This document shows, one piece after another, positions 49,666 to 62,772 of a stretch of 64,000 nucleotides of DNA. Below the pieces are notes generated by a model. The model was not told the origin of the DNA. It worked only from the letters and a program-made list of their open reading frames with translations, and made no database searches. Every line of letters starts with the position of its first letter. Within the stretch, counting starts at the first letter, position 1. The stretch covers positions 106,022,001 through 106,086,000 of the forward strand of contig NW_024704742.1 in assembly GCF_018977255.1 (NCBI RefSeq), given 5' to 3'. Source of the stretch: Callorhinchus milii. Taxonomy: Eukaryota. The position numbers were made by a program, and so were the translations under genes.

Positions 49666-52257
49666 GCTTGATGCAAATGTGTGTAACAAACTAAGCAGGT
49701 GGCTGAAATTATGGCATTTACCTTTTCTGTGCTCCATGTAATTTTAAGTTGTGTGGTGGTGCAGTTATCATCCACTAAACACTGAAAAGATACAGGACAG
49801 ATTATCAAGTCAACTAAAACAAATGGACAAAGTACAGAATCATCATGTGTACAAAACACAATACTTTGATTTTGTAAGTACCTGTAAGCCTGTAGGTATC
49901 TGGAATAAGCCCACGGAAATCAGTGGAGCTGACCTAAAATGAAACAATTATTCATTCATTAATCTTGTTGTTCATTACAGCACTTACTGTTCGTTATGTT
50001 AAGATAAATTGCAGAACTGTCTAATATTGTTAGTTCAGCTCGACTGGTTTCTTTAGTGACACTAATTTGAGAAAGGATTTGGCAGAAATCAATGCCTCAG
50101 ACCATTTCTATATTAAATTATGCTTGTTCTATGATTAAATTGAACACAGTAAACAGTTTGTCAAGCAAATTGATCGGCTCTTTCAAAGGAGGCTTGACTG
50201 TCACCTCAAAGCTACAACTTAACGAATAATAAAACAGTAGTCTTTATCTATATTGTCTCGAGGACTTGGCAGTGTCTGTAAAACACTACACAATTATAAA
50301 CCTGCAGATTCTGTAGTTTGTAAAATTTATTGCCTACTATATTTGAAAACTGTAAACTAAGTGGTACAAAGTGTGAATGTGATGCATTGATTATCTTCAG
50401 TGATCTTATCACATTATGGAAAATTGCCAGGCTGCAGTTTAACTCATCTTAACTCAACCAGTGATAATTATCACATCACTTGTCATATTTTTAGCCCAAG
50501 GCATTCTGATATCTTATTTGATGAACTCAATGCACAATGGAACTGAACCATACAATCAGTAAGGTCTTGGATTGATCCATGCTCTATGCTGAGTGAACTA
50601 AACTTAGCTGAGTTAGCAGTAGAAATGATAGAACATCCTTTATGTCAATGAGAGAAAATATCAGTTAAGATTGTTGATTGTTCTTGATCACTATCTAGTC
50701 ACCTCCTGGTTGACACTGCAGTGCAGTTCCTGCGAAATGCTGCATTTTCACTCTTTGGATGAGATGTTTAACTAAAATGCAAGTGAACACTAAATATCTA
50801 ATGGCATTATAACAAGATCACAAGATTAATCTGGATGAAGAAGACCCTTTAGCCCATTTGTTATCAACCTTCCAGAATACCCACCTAACGCCTTTCAGCA
50901 TCAAGCTGTTTCAAATGAGTTGAGTGTCCTGGCTGGCAGGGAAGGAAGTTTCTTTTGGCTTCTTGACCAACATCCGCCAAATTAGTAAGCCAACTCACAG
51001 CAGTTTTGGGGACCATGTTGTTGTAAATGGCTGCCTGTAGAAATAGTCACTACATTTGACTTGTGACTTTGCACTTTAAGACATTTTGACAACATAAGGT
51101 ACAATAAAAATACAAGTCTTGCTTTCCTTCTTTCTTGTTGCCTTACTGGACACAGGTCTCATTGTTGGACAAGCTCAGGACAAGGCTTGGTTATATTTGC
51201 CCATAAGATACACAGTCATCGCAGATTGCAGTAAATCCTGTGAAGCACTTTGAGACATCCTACTGATGTGAAAAGTGCTATATTAAATACAGGGATTAGT
51301 TTTATTTTTACAACCCCCTCAGTTGAAGAGCTGCTGAAGCTCAATGTCTTAGCTCACATGTGAGGACTGGCCACTTGGGTGAGGTGCTGGAGGGTGGCCA
51401 ACATTTATGAAACCTTACCTCCAGAATGAATCATTAGCCCTGAAATTCCACCTAGTCTTCATTTGTCATAAAATGTAAAGTCACTCAGGGTTGTGGAAAA
51501 TGATTCAATTCAATCTTAATTTGAAAGCTGGTTTTCTGAAGATTTTATAAAGACCAACTTCCAAATTGAAACTGAAAATAATAATTTTCCACAATTCTGT
51601 GCAGTTCTAAGACAAAGCAGTTTTACAGGCTAGGTTAAATACAGTTTCAGGGGAAAACTGAGTGGGGTTAATAAAGAAAATCAGATTGAGGTACAACTTA
51701 AAGTTCGTAAGCATTGGCATTATTAATGTAAGGTAATGCATTCTAAGTTTGTCTGTGTCTACTTTGCAAAATGCTTTATCTCTTTTCCTAAGCCTCTTGC
51801 AGAATTTTAGCATTGCTTCAGAATTATTTCAAGTTTGCAAAATGCAATGGTTGGAAGATTGCTGTACTAAGAACACACAAGGTTTTTCAAACAGTCTGTG
51901 GCATGCTAATGCAGATATATTGGGAATTTATATCTCTTCGCTCCCAAAATGATATGAAATGGATATGGGAGAAGATTGGCTTTAAATTTGTAATGGCTCT
52001 TAAGTACAGGGTCACTAAATGTTTTATTGGTATATTTATATCAATTAAGGCCTTGTTACTTCAATCTATTCAGTAATGCTGTTTTAAGTTTTATTGCTTT
52101 CATTTTACCTACAGTTCAGTTACTTAATTCACTCAAACACATATGGTTGGTTGCATATGAATATGTGAGTTTGACCTGAAATTTATGTTGCTGTATCTAA
52201 TTAAAATGGGCGATTGGAAGCTTGAAGACTGCAGTTGTGAGTACTGGGAAACGAAAC

Positions 52258-52459
52258 TAGGTTTCAAGATGAGACAGATATAGAGGGGGCAAGATGAAGG
52301 GGGTGTTCCAGAAGTACGGGACATATTGATCGAAGGCTCAGCCACTGATGTATAGTGGGGCAGGGGTGAGCAACAGGTCTGTGTTAGCTGAGCAGAGGGA
52401 GCAAACAGAGGAGTGGGGTGTGAGCAGATCAGAGACATAGGGAGGTGCTAGGGTCTGCA
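52258..52459 (-). repeat. Inverted duplicate of 52951-53152 (old L2 sequence)
   Basis: Reverse complement matches 52951-53152 ungapped with about a dozen mismatches over 202 bp. Confidence 0.95.
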
Positions 52460-52584
52460 CTTCATCACAAACCAGACCTTCAAAACAGGGTGCAAATTGA
52501 CTTCAATGGAGATCAGGAAATCTGGAATCAAGTAGCAGATTTGTGAATAAAAAAATCACAAGGCACTAAAGGGGTTGAAACTCC

Positions 52585-52850
52585 ATTACAGGAACATATC
52601 TGCCATGAAGGGGTCTAGACGGTGCTGTCTGGTGATCTGATTGAGGTGTTCCAAAATAAAAGGGCTTGACAAAGTGGATGGAGAGAAACCTTTTCCTCCA
52701 GTAAGGGATTTGAACAAGAGGACATGATTTGAGAACAAGAACTAAACCTATTAAAAGTGAAATCAGAAAATATTTTTTAAGTGTTGTGGAAATGTGGAAT
52801 TCACTACCCCGTAAAATTGTGTATGCCGGGATCAATTGAAATTTTTAAGA
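52585..52850 (+). mobile_element. CR1 C-terminal fragment
   Basis: GDLIEVF, TRGH, F..VVEMWNSLP..IV.A.SI..FK. Confidence 0.8.
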
Positions 52851-52854
52851 GGGA

Positions 52855-53200
52855 GGTGTACGCTTATCACCCCAATCCTTGCCAAGGTCCACCGGCTTTC
52901 TATCTCCAAACAGATCAACATCAAGCTCCTCAATATCGCAAATAAATTCCTGCAGATCCTAGCACCTCCCTATGTCTCTGATCTGCTCACACCCCACTCC
53001 TCTGTTTGCTCCCTCTGCTCAGCTAACACAGGCCTGTTGCTCACCCCTGTCTCACTATACATCAGTGACTGAGCCTTCGATCAATATGCCCCTAACCTCT
53101 GGAACACCCCCTTCATCTTGTCCCCTCTATATCTGTCTCATCTTGAAACCTACTTCCGTCTTCTCCCTTGAAGCACTGTGAAGTGCTCTGAGGGATTATT
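52855..53200 (+). mobile_element. Old L2 3' fragment
   Basis: ITPILAKVHRL..QINIKLL..LAPPYVSDLL..LCSANTGLL. Confidence 0.75.
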
Positions 53201-54524
53201 TTATGCACCTAGAGACATTTCAACATAAAATGCTATATCAAAAGCAAGGATTATTATTATTATGATTATTTAATATTGGGATCGGATTCATAGGATGAAA
53301 GGTGTTGCCGGCTGGCTCAATAGGTAGCCACTGGCTTTTGGATGAAACCATTTGAAGGAAGTCTAGGAGAAGGGCAGTTATTCCAGAAGAGTAATGCGCT
53401 ATGATGTGATAATTATCACCAGTAATAGTTCTCACATCATATACTACATTTTTCACCCCATTGTTTTTACCATTTGAAGTTGTGGTCAGTCCCACAATTG
53501 TGTAATTGCTGAGCAGTAACTTCTCTTATTCCAGACGCAAAAGACAAAATAAAATGGAAAGGGAAACACAGGAATGAAAGTAGAATTCAATCTAAAGAAT
53601 CATTGCTCACAGCTATCCTACAAGAATCCTCAAATGGGGACTCTTCGATTTTTTATCATTCTTATACTGCAAATGTGGTCTTGTGAGTGGAATACCAAAC
53701 CTATGACTATGCCGTAGGGTGTAGTATCCTCCATATATGTCTGTGATATAGTCATACAGATCAGTGCTGAATCAGTGACAGTGATTTATGATTGTTCTTA
53801 TACAAGTCTGCTATGCCAATCACCAAGAGACACTGAAGCAGTGCCACAGAGGCAGTTTTAGTTATTTGTTGCTTGGTGCATTGGACTTTATCAAACTTGC
53901 TCAACTTAACTTCTAACTCACCAAAAATGTCTTGAACTTTAAAATAGAAAAAGTGAATTCTACAAAAGTAATAAAAAGAGAACTGTGGTATAAACAAGCA
54001 GGTCGTGAGTGGTGCAGGGTAGAGCTGCTCAGATTGATCAGACAAAATTGTGCACCAAGAGGTTTTGAAGGAACAAGTAAATGGAAAAAGAAAAAAAATG
54101 ATGGATGGAGACAGAGTGATAAACACAGTGATCTTACCAGGAAACTAGTAGGTTGCTTTGATATTCAGCTTGCTAAAAGTAATTGACCATGCGTAAACCT
54201 TGGTTGATTTTATTTTTCTCTCAGATACTGAGGAAGAATGAAAGAACCATCTGAGTTTATGTTCCTTTTTTAACCTTCCTTAACTTGCTAATACTTGATA
54301 GTTGCTAATACTTGATAGCTGTCATGATCAAAACCTCAAGACCATTGTCTTAAATATTTGATACTGGAGATTGAAACTTATTAAATGCTTCTTAAAATTC
54401 AGTTTCAATTTTGAAACCATTTTTCCATAGGTCTTTTTAAGATTCCAAATTGAGATTAAATTTAGGAATTGCGCAAAATTGTGCATGATCTTAAAATTTT
54501 ACATAATTGCCTTAAGACACCTTA

Positions 54525-54793
54525 AGCGAGACACCTGTTCAATTCCAGGCAGGGCGAAACCTTGGGCAAGTTTCCTTACTCCACACGCCTAACAATAATC
54601 CCTCCAAAACAACAAAAAAAAATTGGTCATTTTCAATCCACGACTGTTTGTGGGACACTGCTGTGCGCAATTGGCTGCCGCATTTCACCCACAAATATAC
54701 AATCAATTCACTTTACAGCATTTTCTGTGAAGCGCTTTTAGACGTCTAGAAGACGTGAAAAGCGCTATATCAAATGCAAGGATTATTATTATT
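54525..54793 (+). mobile_element. Same SINE family, 5'-truncated within the tRNA head
   Basis: Starts AAGCGAGACACCTGTTCAATTCCAGG; ends (ATT)n. Confidence 0.9.
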
Positions 54794-54959
54794 AAGGCTA
54801 AGACCAGAGGATTTTCAAGCTTCTGGCCTTTAATAAGCCTGCAGATGTAATCTTACTCCTCTAACACTAAAATAGAGCAGCATCTTAAATGCATCTCTTA
54901 AATGTCAATAGGTAATTTTGCACATAAGAGGTTTTGATGAAGAAAGCTCATTTGATTTC

Positions 54960-55372
54960 AGCCGATTGACTCCCCCAGTAGATTGAGTGCAAGATCCTCA
55001 TTCTTGCCTTTGAATCCCTTCATGGTCTCGCCCACCTTATCTCTTATCTCTGTGACCTCTTCAAGCCCTACCTACCAGGGCTGCTCCCTTTGCTCAGTGA
55101 ACACTGGTCTGCTTCATGTTCCCCCCCCCTACCCACTCCATCATCATTGGGCGGGATTTCATCTTTTCTGCCGTCCACTCTTTGGAACGTCAACCTGGAG
55201 TCCAACTCATTCTCTCACTTCGTTCAAGGTCCATCTGAAGATTGACTGCACTTTCAGTCATCTTTCCTCCCCACGCCCCAGCTTGGGTGCCCATCCAGTA
55301 CTGTTAAGTGTTCTGGGACATCTTTCTGGTGTGAAAGGTGCTATATAAATGTAAATTTGTATTTGTATTGTA
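54960..55372 (+). mobile_element. Old L2 3' fragment
   Basis: WLP..IECKIL..FESLHGLAP-like remnant; terminal GTGAAAGGTGCTATATAAATG. Confidence 0.75.
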
Positions 55373-55374
55373 TC

Positions 55375-55745
55375 CTTCCTGAATACCCAACCTACCATTT
55401 TCCCATCACAGCATCAAGCTGTTTTAATTAAATGATTCCAGCATACTGGTCTTAGCCATCCTTCCTGGTAACCAGTTTGAGTCATTAATTACTTTTTGGG
55501 AAAATAAATACATCCTGGTGTCTGTCTTGAAATTGCCTGTTGTGACCCGGACCTTTGACCTCTTGTTCTGCTACCTTGATGCATTAATAAGTATTATTCT
55601 GAATTTATTTTCCCAATCTATTTAAATTGTACATACCTCTACAAGTGCACCTTGAGATGCTTCTTTTCAAGACTGAAGAGACTTAGAACATAAGAACATA
55701 AGAAATAGGAGCAGGGGTAAGCCATTCGGCCCCTCGAACCTCCCC
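55375..55745 (-). mobile_element. CR1 fragments (old C-terminus abutting a younger AGAACATA-tailed 3' end)
   Basis: CTTCTTTTCAAGACTGAAGAG (LFSLEKK) and AGAACATAAGAACATAAGAAATAGGAGCAGG. Confidence 0.75.
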
Positions 55746-56699
55746 CATCACTAACTTGATCACTAACAGATCAGAACTACGCAGATAAAAGTTATGGCGT
55801 ATTCACTGTCTGCTTCAAGAAAAAAGGAAGTGCACTATTATCATAGCAACCGTCATCATTCACAAGACATAATTTACTCAACAGCCTGCACCTTGTGTGC
55901 ATCAACAGCTCGTGCCAGTGCTGATTCTGCCACTATGTATGATTCATGTGAGGATCTTAACAATTTGGCAACCACATTAATAATTTTACACTTGACATTG
56001 TAGACCACCTGCGCATTCACGGAATGAAAATGTTGCAGTTTCTGACGATCTCCTCATTACCGGCAGGTGGTTTGAAAAATGCATCTGCGTGTTGATTACC
56101 CCCAGGACATTGAACATTTTGCAAAGTTTTTTTTTAAGAAAGATAAACAAAGACTGTGCACCACCACAACAATAAATTTGAGTTGGTTACTATTGTTGTG
56201 GGGCTGCTGGTGGAAAACAGATAAGTTGACCTGTTCTCTTGGCAAGAGAAACAATTACTTAAGGGAGAAGGCAGCCCATGAGAATACTCGCAGTACAAAG
56301 CACTTTTCCCCCAAAAGAATAAAAAAGAATGAAGTATCGTTAACTTGGAAGGAAATATCTTCATATTGATCTTCGGTCGCACGGAGACACTTAGGAGGTC
56401 TAGTTGTGGGCATTTTGTCATCGGGGGAAGGAAACCAAATTTAAATAGTGGTTAAAAAAAAGAATATCGTTTAGCTTTTGCTTGATTGCCTTTGTCTCTT
56501 CGGAGCTTTTTATAGGATATAGAGCAGGTTTAGTCCACGGCAAGAGTAGTTCTGCACCAATTGAGCAGGGATTGATACAATGAATTGCATTTTCTCACTT
56601 CATGTTGTCACATATTCTTATATTCTAACTAAATTTAGATCATTTAGGTTGGATATCTGGAGCTCTTTAGAGTTGCTGTGCATAAAAGTATCATCCATT

Positions 56700-56985
56700 C
56701 ACTCAATATAGCACCTTTTACATAAGGAGAATATCTTAAAGCACTTCACACGATTTACTATACAATGTAGTGACTGTACTTTGCAGGCAAATGTGGCAGT
56801 CATTTTGCACACAACAACGTCCGACAATTTTATTCTTGACCAGGACTCCGGAAGAAACTCCTGTGTGTTTTCGAGAAGTGCCATTGGATGTTTAACATGT
56901 ACTTACACAGGCAGGTGGAAATTTGGTTTAGCGTCTCATCTAAAGGACGGCACCTTTGACAATGCAGCCCACTCTACACTACAAT
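56700..56985 (-). mobile_element. DeuSINE fragment
   Basis: GGTTTAGCGTCTCATCTAAAGGACGGCACCT core; tail remnant. Confidence 0.75.
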
Positions 56986-57589
56986 CTAGATTGTTCCATA
57001 ATGTAGGATTGTTTCATAGGCACCTAAATCAGTGTTAAACTGGCACAGAAGAGGAAGGAGCATGTTATGACTTATGTTGATGGTAATCTACATCACTGAG
57101 CGGATATCATTTTCACTCCATGAGTAATTTTGATAACATAAATCACAAATGATAAAGTCATCGATGAATTATAAAAATCGAACTTTGTCAAATAAAAATA
57201 GTCTCCAGCTCATTGGAATTCCATTTTACTTCTCTGATTCTTTTATTAGACTATAACTGGCAGGATGTTTCTAAACAGTTTGCGAGAAGAGACAGTGGTG
57301 GGCTGGAGGAGTGACAAGTTGCAAGAAAAGGACTTTAGGCATGTAGGTGAAGAGAATAATAGAAGCCGCTGACTGAATGAAGTCTTGTAGAAATTGTGAT
57401 AGACAGAAGGGAGTGCTGTGGCTTAGACAAATCTAGTGAAGCTTTCTGAATAGAGTATCAGGATGTAGCATTTGAGAAAGGTGTACGGCGAGTGATTTAA
57501 TCCAAGGACAATTACTGTAGAAGAGGATCTGGCCAGGGTACATGTTTACCATTAACTTCTGCATAGGGTCGAGCAAGTAATGTGGATAG

Positions 57590-57975
57590 GAACATAAGAA
57601 ATCCGTAACAGGTATGACGATAGAGCAGGAAGTCATTCAGCTCACTGAACCTATTTCAGCAATTTATTTGATATTGGCAAATATTTTAATCCCAATATCC
57701 TGCCCTATCATCATACCCATTTATAACTATATTACCCAAGCATCTATCTATATCTCTTTCAAATATCCCTATTGATTCTGCCTCTACAGCTTTCTGAAAC
57801 AGACCATTCCACATCTTCACAACTCTCCGTGGGAAGAAATGTTTCCTGACCTTGTTCTACTTGTCTTGTCTCCCCTTGTAATAGATTCCTCTACCAAAGC
57901 AAATTGTCCACTTATAACATAATTTTTCCTTTCCTTATTTTAAATACGTCAATCGAAGCAGAGCTTTTTATATAT
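57590..57975 (-). mobile_element. Old CR1 3' portion
   Basis: AACATAAGAA tail; CCATTCCACATCTTCACAACTCTC (RVV..WN) and CCCCTTGT (TRG) remnants. Confidence 0.75.
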
Positions 57976-58171
57976 TTCTCTAGCATATAAGTAACGTTGC
58001 ATCATGGGCTTTATTTTGTCATCAGTTGGATCGTGTTTTAAGTTGTAGTGGTAGTCTAGCACCAACTCTGGGAATGGAGCCAGATGCCCACTGATTTGTT
58101 TGTACATAGACAAGTGATTCTCTGAATTTTCAGAATCCCTTTGTCAGATGATCCAGAGATGACCTTTGTGA

Positions 58172-58930
58172 GGCACTACCTCACCCCTCACGCTGCTGAA
58201 ACCCTGGTCCACGCCTTTGTCACCTCAAGGCTGGACTATGGGAACTCTCTCCTCGCCGGCCTTCCCGGCACCTCCCTCCACAAGCTGCAGGTCATTCAGA
58301 ACTCTGTAGCTCGTGTACTGTCCCGCACCAGACTTCGGGACCACATCACTCCCACCCTCGCTCGCCTCCACTGGCTCCCCATCCCCAGAGGATTGATTTC
58401 AAAATCCTCATCCTCACCTACAAGGCCATTCATGGCCTCGCTCTCTCCTATCTCTCTGACCTACTATCCCCCTACCTACCTGCCCATACCCTCCGTTCCT
58501 CCGGCTCCGGTCTGCTCCACGTCCCCCGCCCCAATCGCCCTACCATCGGTGGTCGGGCCTTCAGCCTCTCAGCCCCCAGGCTCTGGAACTCTATCCCCCA
58601 GTGCCTTCGCCTTGCTTCCTCCCTCTCCTTCTTCAAGGCCGGTCTCAAAACCTTTCTCTTTGACCGAGCCTTAAGCTCCCCTCTCGACTCTCTTCCCCCT
58701 CCTCGCTCCCTCCCTTCCCTCCCCTCACCCTGACCATTTCCCCCCTCCTCGCTCCCTCCCTTCCCTCCCCTCACCCTGACCATTTCCCCCTCCTCGCTCC
58801 CTCCCTTCCCTCCCCTCACCCTGATCATTTCCCCCCTGCTCGGGTCCTGACCCAACTGTGCAGCGCCTTGGGACGTCCTCCTGACGTGAAAGGCGCTTTA
58901 TAAATGGAATCTTGTTGTTGTTGTTGTTGT
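58172..58930 (+). mobile_element. Young L2 LINE, 5'-truncated copy with 3-unit VNTR and (TTG)n tail
   Basis: RHYLTPHAAETLVHAFVTSRLDYGN motif; same 3'UTR as the 13 kb copy; TTGTGAGG at both ends (58166-58173, 58927-58934). Confidence 0.96.
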
Positions 58931-59101
58931 GAGGTGCCAGATGGACTGAATATTCAGGAAAGGTGCAGTGGTTGGAGGAAGTGTCCACTGAACATGGTGC
59001 ATGGCAATGTGTTCTAGTCAATTTTATCAGACATATACTTGTTAAATAGAATAGTCGATATTTCAGGCTTCCCCATACAGTTCTTCATAGAAGACCCATA
59101 T

Positions 59102-59313
59102 ACTGGAATGCATTGCCCGAAAGGGTGGTGGAAGCTGATTCGATAACAACTTTTAAGTGAGAAGTAGATAATTATTTGGGGAGGACAAGTTTGCAGGGCT
59201 ATGGGGAGAGCACTGGGGAGTGGTATTGATTGGATAGCTCTTTTCAAAGAGCCGGCACAGACACGATGGGCTGAATGGCCTCCTTCTGTGCTGTATGATT
59301 CTATGATTCTATG
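59102..59313 (+). mobile_element. CR1 3' end with (GATTCTAT)n tail
   Basis: WNALPERVVEADSITTFK; GATGGGCTGAATGGCCTCCTTCTGTGCTGTATGATTCTATGATTCTATGA. Confidence 0.9.
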
Positions 59314-61285
59314 ATATACATATTCATATGTTGACATCATTAACAATAGTTTTGTAATGATGGTACACAGCCTCATGGGATTGAATTGTTCTGTCAAAAA
59401 CTCCTTGTGGCAACCTTATTTTGAAATAAGATATTTACCGCACACATTTGCATACATTAATTTGTCAATTACATAGATTGTATATGGGCTGTATAGAAAT
59501 GAGTGTGGAGTTGTGAAATATTATGGAATTCTCTAGAACAATAGATTAATGTGCGATTGATATTAATGTAATGTGCACTTTTATTTGATACATAGTGCAT
59601 GGATTTGATAATCGTTCTCACAAGATGATTGTAGCACAAAGTAGAATATGAGGACAATATCATAACTGATGGTTTTACGTATATAGGCTATGGTATTTAA
59701 CATAATGTCATACTAAGATAATCTTGCAAAGAAATTAAAGAGCTTCTGAAGATTTCATGCATAACTTTATTTGAATAAGAAAATTGAAACAAATACATTC
59801 ATTAGATCAGATTCAAGCCTCTAAACCTTTGAAAACATGTTGTTTCAAATAGCTTTTGTTCATCAGGTAATAATCTGGTTGCACAGTAGTTTAAGATGGA
59901 AATAAAAATGATATGTTACTGCTTTTTGGTCAAAAATGTATTCATAGTGTAGCATGGATTATTAAAAAATGACACATTTTTTCTTTTGAAACCTTTGGCA
60001 GGTTAATTTTAGATGGACATTCCACTTGAACTGAAATAATGAATAAAATTTACACACTGGCTTTTCTTTGTCTTGGGCTTCTTTTTCTTTGTTTACAAGA
60101 GTAATTTGAATAATTTTCATGATTAATAGACTGCTGTGACATGTAGGATGAGTAATACCTAGTTTAATCTGTTTGGTAACAACCCAGTTTCCACACAACA
60201 TATTTCAACACCTTGTGCTCTTTCATTTCCTTCTGCAGTTACGTTAATGAGAATTCAGAGTGTTTCAAATAATTTATAAGTCTCCTGTAAATTAATGAGA
60301 AGAAATGAAAGAGCAATATCCAGTTCCATAAATGCTCAAAATATTGTAATTTTTAGAGCAACAATTTGAGAAGCAATAAGCATTTGCAATCTAAATAAAT
60401 TCAACGCTGATTGGAATAATAGATGCTGCTTACAATTGGCAATTTGATGGAGCCTCAGATTCAGTTTTTCTACTCAGATGAATGTGTGCTTTTATGTCTC
60501 AATTTGTATAGTACACTGGTAATGACTTACCATTGTATTTTTGTGTGAAAGACCCATAATAATTCAGGGACGTTCAGTATTGTATAGTCATCTGCTTCAA
60601 TACATATTAATTCCATGGACATTGTTCAAGAGGGGTTTTGATTGTGAGTGCAGAACTAGAGGACACAGGTTTCAAATTAACAAGCCTCAAGTGAGACTGG
60701 AGCTACATTTACACAGCTGGAAGCAAAGCAACATTGCCCAGTGATGTGGAGTGGAAAGCCTGGCTTATACTTCCTGCTCTGCACCAGCTTGCATTTGGGA
60801 CTATCAAAAAAAATTCTGTTTTGGAGAAATTGGGAGTTAGTTTTTATTTAAGTTAAGAGAAAGAAATTTCTCCTGGTTTCCTGGTTAAAAATACCCCCAT
60901 ATAAAATTTATCATTCACTTCATGGCTATTTATCAGACATTGCTGCATACAAATGGGCTGTTGTGTTTGTCAACAAAATACATAGTCACTTCACTTTACC
61001 GTGTATCCTATAAAATGTTTTGAAATGTCCTCCTGATGTGAAAGTGTGGTACAAATGCAAGTATTATTAATAATTTTATTAAAAATCTGGCTGTACAATT
61101 ATCTGTAGGACTGTGTGGGAGCTTTCAAGGTACTAAGGGAATCTGAAAAATAATTAGATTTGCACCATTGTTAAATGCGAGTTGTTGTATTGTGTTATAC
61201 TGCGCCAGCAAGTGGTGTCAGGACAGAAGTCCAGCAAATAATATAGTTGTTCATGGGACATTCCTCATTTATCTGTCACATTTTA

Positions 61286-61420
61286 AGAACATAAGAACAT
61301 AAAAAATAGGAGCAGGAATAGGACATTCGGCCCCTCGAGCCTGCCCCGCCATTTAATAAGATCATAGCTGATCTTCTACCCTAATTCCATTTACCTGCCC
61401 TATCCCCTTAGTTTTTAAAA
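61286..61420 (-). mobile_element. CR1-type 3' end
   Basis: AAGAACATAAGAACATAA..TAGGAGCAGGA..CATTCGGCCCCTCGAGCCTG. Confidence 0.85.
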
Positions 61421-61744
61421 ATCTATTTTGTGCATGGATTTCACATTGGCAGCCTCGAAAAATCTGTTGAACAGGTCTTACTCCCATTTTTAATAGGAAG
61501 AGAAATATTATCTGCCCTCTCCTCTCCACTGGTGAATGAGTTCTCCATAACAGTTTCAAATCAGTGCAAAAACCAGTAACAGTGAAAGATAAAATTAAAC
61601 AATGTGTTAATGTTCTAATGCTACAGTTACAAATAGAAAACTGGTTAGCTCTTCATTTTAATTGCAGCTTATTTTACTTAATTACTCATGTCCCAGTCTG
61701 ACTCAGTCTGACTTAGTCACACAGTGGGACTTGGAACCCATACA

Positions 61745-62095
61745 GTCTATCTTGGCACTCCAATGCAGTGCTGGGGATGTGCCTCTTTGCTGGAGGTGTT
61801 GTCCTTTGAATAAGACATTAAACAGATATTAAACATCTGCCTGTCCAGCTGAATCTTTCGTGGGAAAGATCCCATGTACTTTTCAAAAAGAGAAGGGAGT
61901 TTCGCCTGGTGTCCTGGGCAACAATCACCCCAAAATAAAATTGGTCATTCACTACATGGCTGTTTGAGGGACATTGCTTGATAAACTGGATGGCGCATTC
62001 ATCCACAAATTACATTTTACAGTATATGCTGTAAGCACTTTGAGATGTCTCAAAATGGGATAAAGTGCTATATCAAATGCAAGGATTATTTTTAA
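61745..62095 (+). mobile_element. DeuSINE fragment
   Basis: AAAGATCCCATGTACT..AGAAGGGAGTT..GTGTCCTGG; tail GCTATATCAAATGCAAGG. Confidence 0.8.
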
Positions 62096-62234
62096 TTATA
62101 GTCCTGAGATCTGTTAGTCCAGGTAGACAATTGAGAGTTTTTGAATGTAACTATTTCTGGCAGTTTGCCTTGGGGGCTATTTCCTATGTAATGTGGGTAA
62201 AACTGTTTAAATGTTCAAAAACACTGGTGGCATC

Positions 62235-62772
62235 CGGCTGGACTATTCCAATGCTCTCCTCGTTGGTCTCCCCAGCTCCACCATGCACAAAATCCAATTA
62301 ATTCCAAACTCGCCATACAGATACTCACCCGCACAAAACTCTAAACCCGCATCACATCAGTCCTTGCCAGACTACACTGGCTCCCAATCAACAAATGGAT
62401 TGACTTCAAGATCCTCACATTAGTTTTCAAATCACTTAATTCCCTCGCATCTCCCTACCTATCTGACATGCTTATCCACTCCACCACCCGCTGCCTCCGC
62501 TTGGCTGGCTCCAGCCTCCTATTTGTCACTCGTGCCCTCTGTTCCACCATCGGTGGCCGTGCCTTCAGCCACTACGCCCCGAAACTCTGGAACTCTGAAT
62601 CCCTCAATCCCTTCCCATCTTCAAATCCCGCCTAAAGACCTTCCTTTTTGATTGTGCTTACAGTCACCTCCGCCTTCCCTCTCCCCCTGGGTCATTGTCA
62701 GACCCCGTGTAAAGTGCGCTGGGATGCTACCCCACGTGAAGGGTGCTATATAAATGCAAGATATTGTTGTTA
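62235..62772 (+). mobile_element. L2 3' portion
   Basis: RLDYSNALLVGLP..KIQLI, LHWLP, IDFKIL, TIGGRAFSHYAPKLWNS; TTG-rich tail. Confidence 0.88.
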
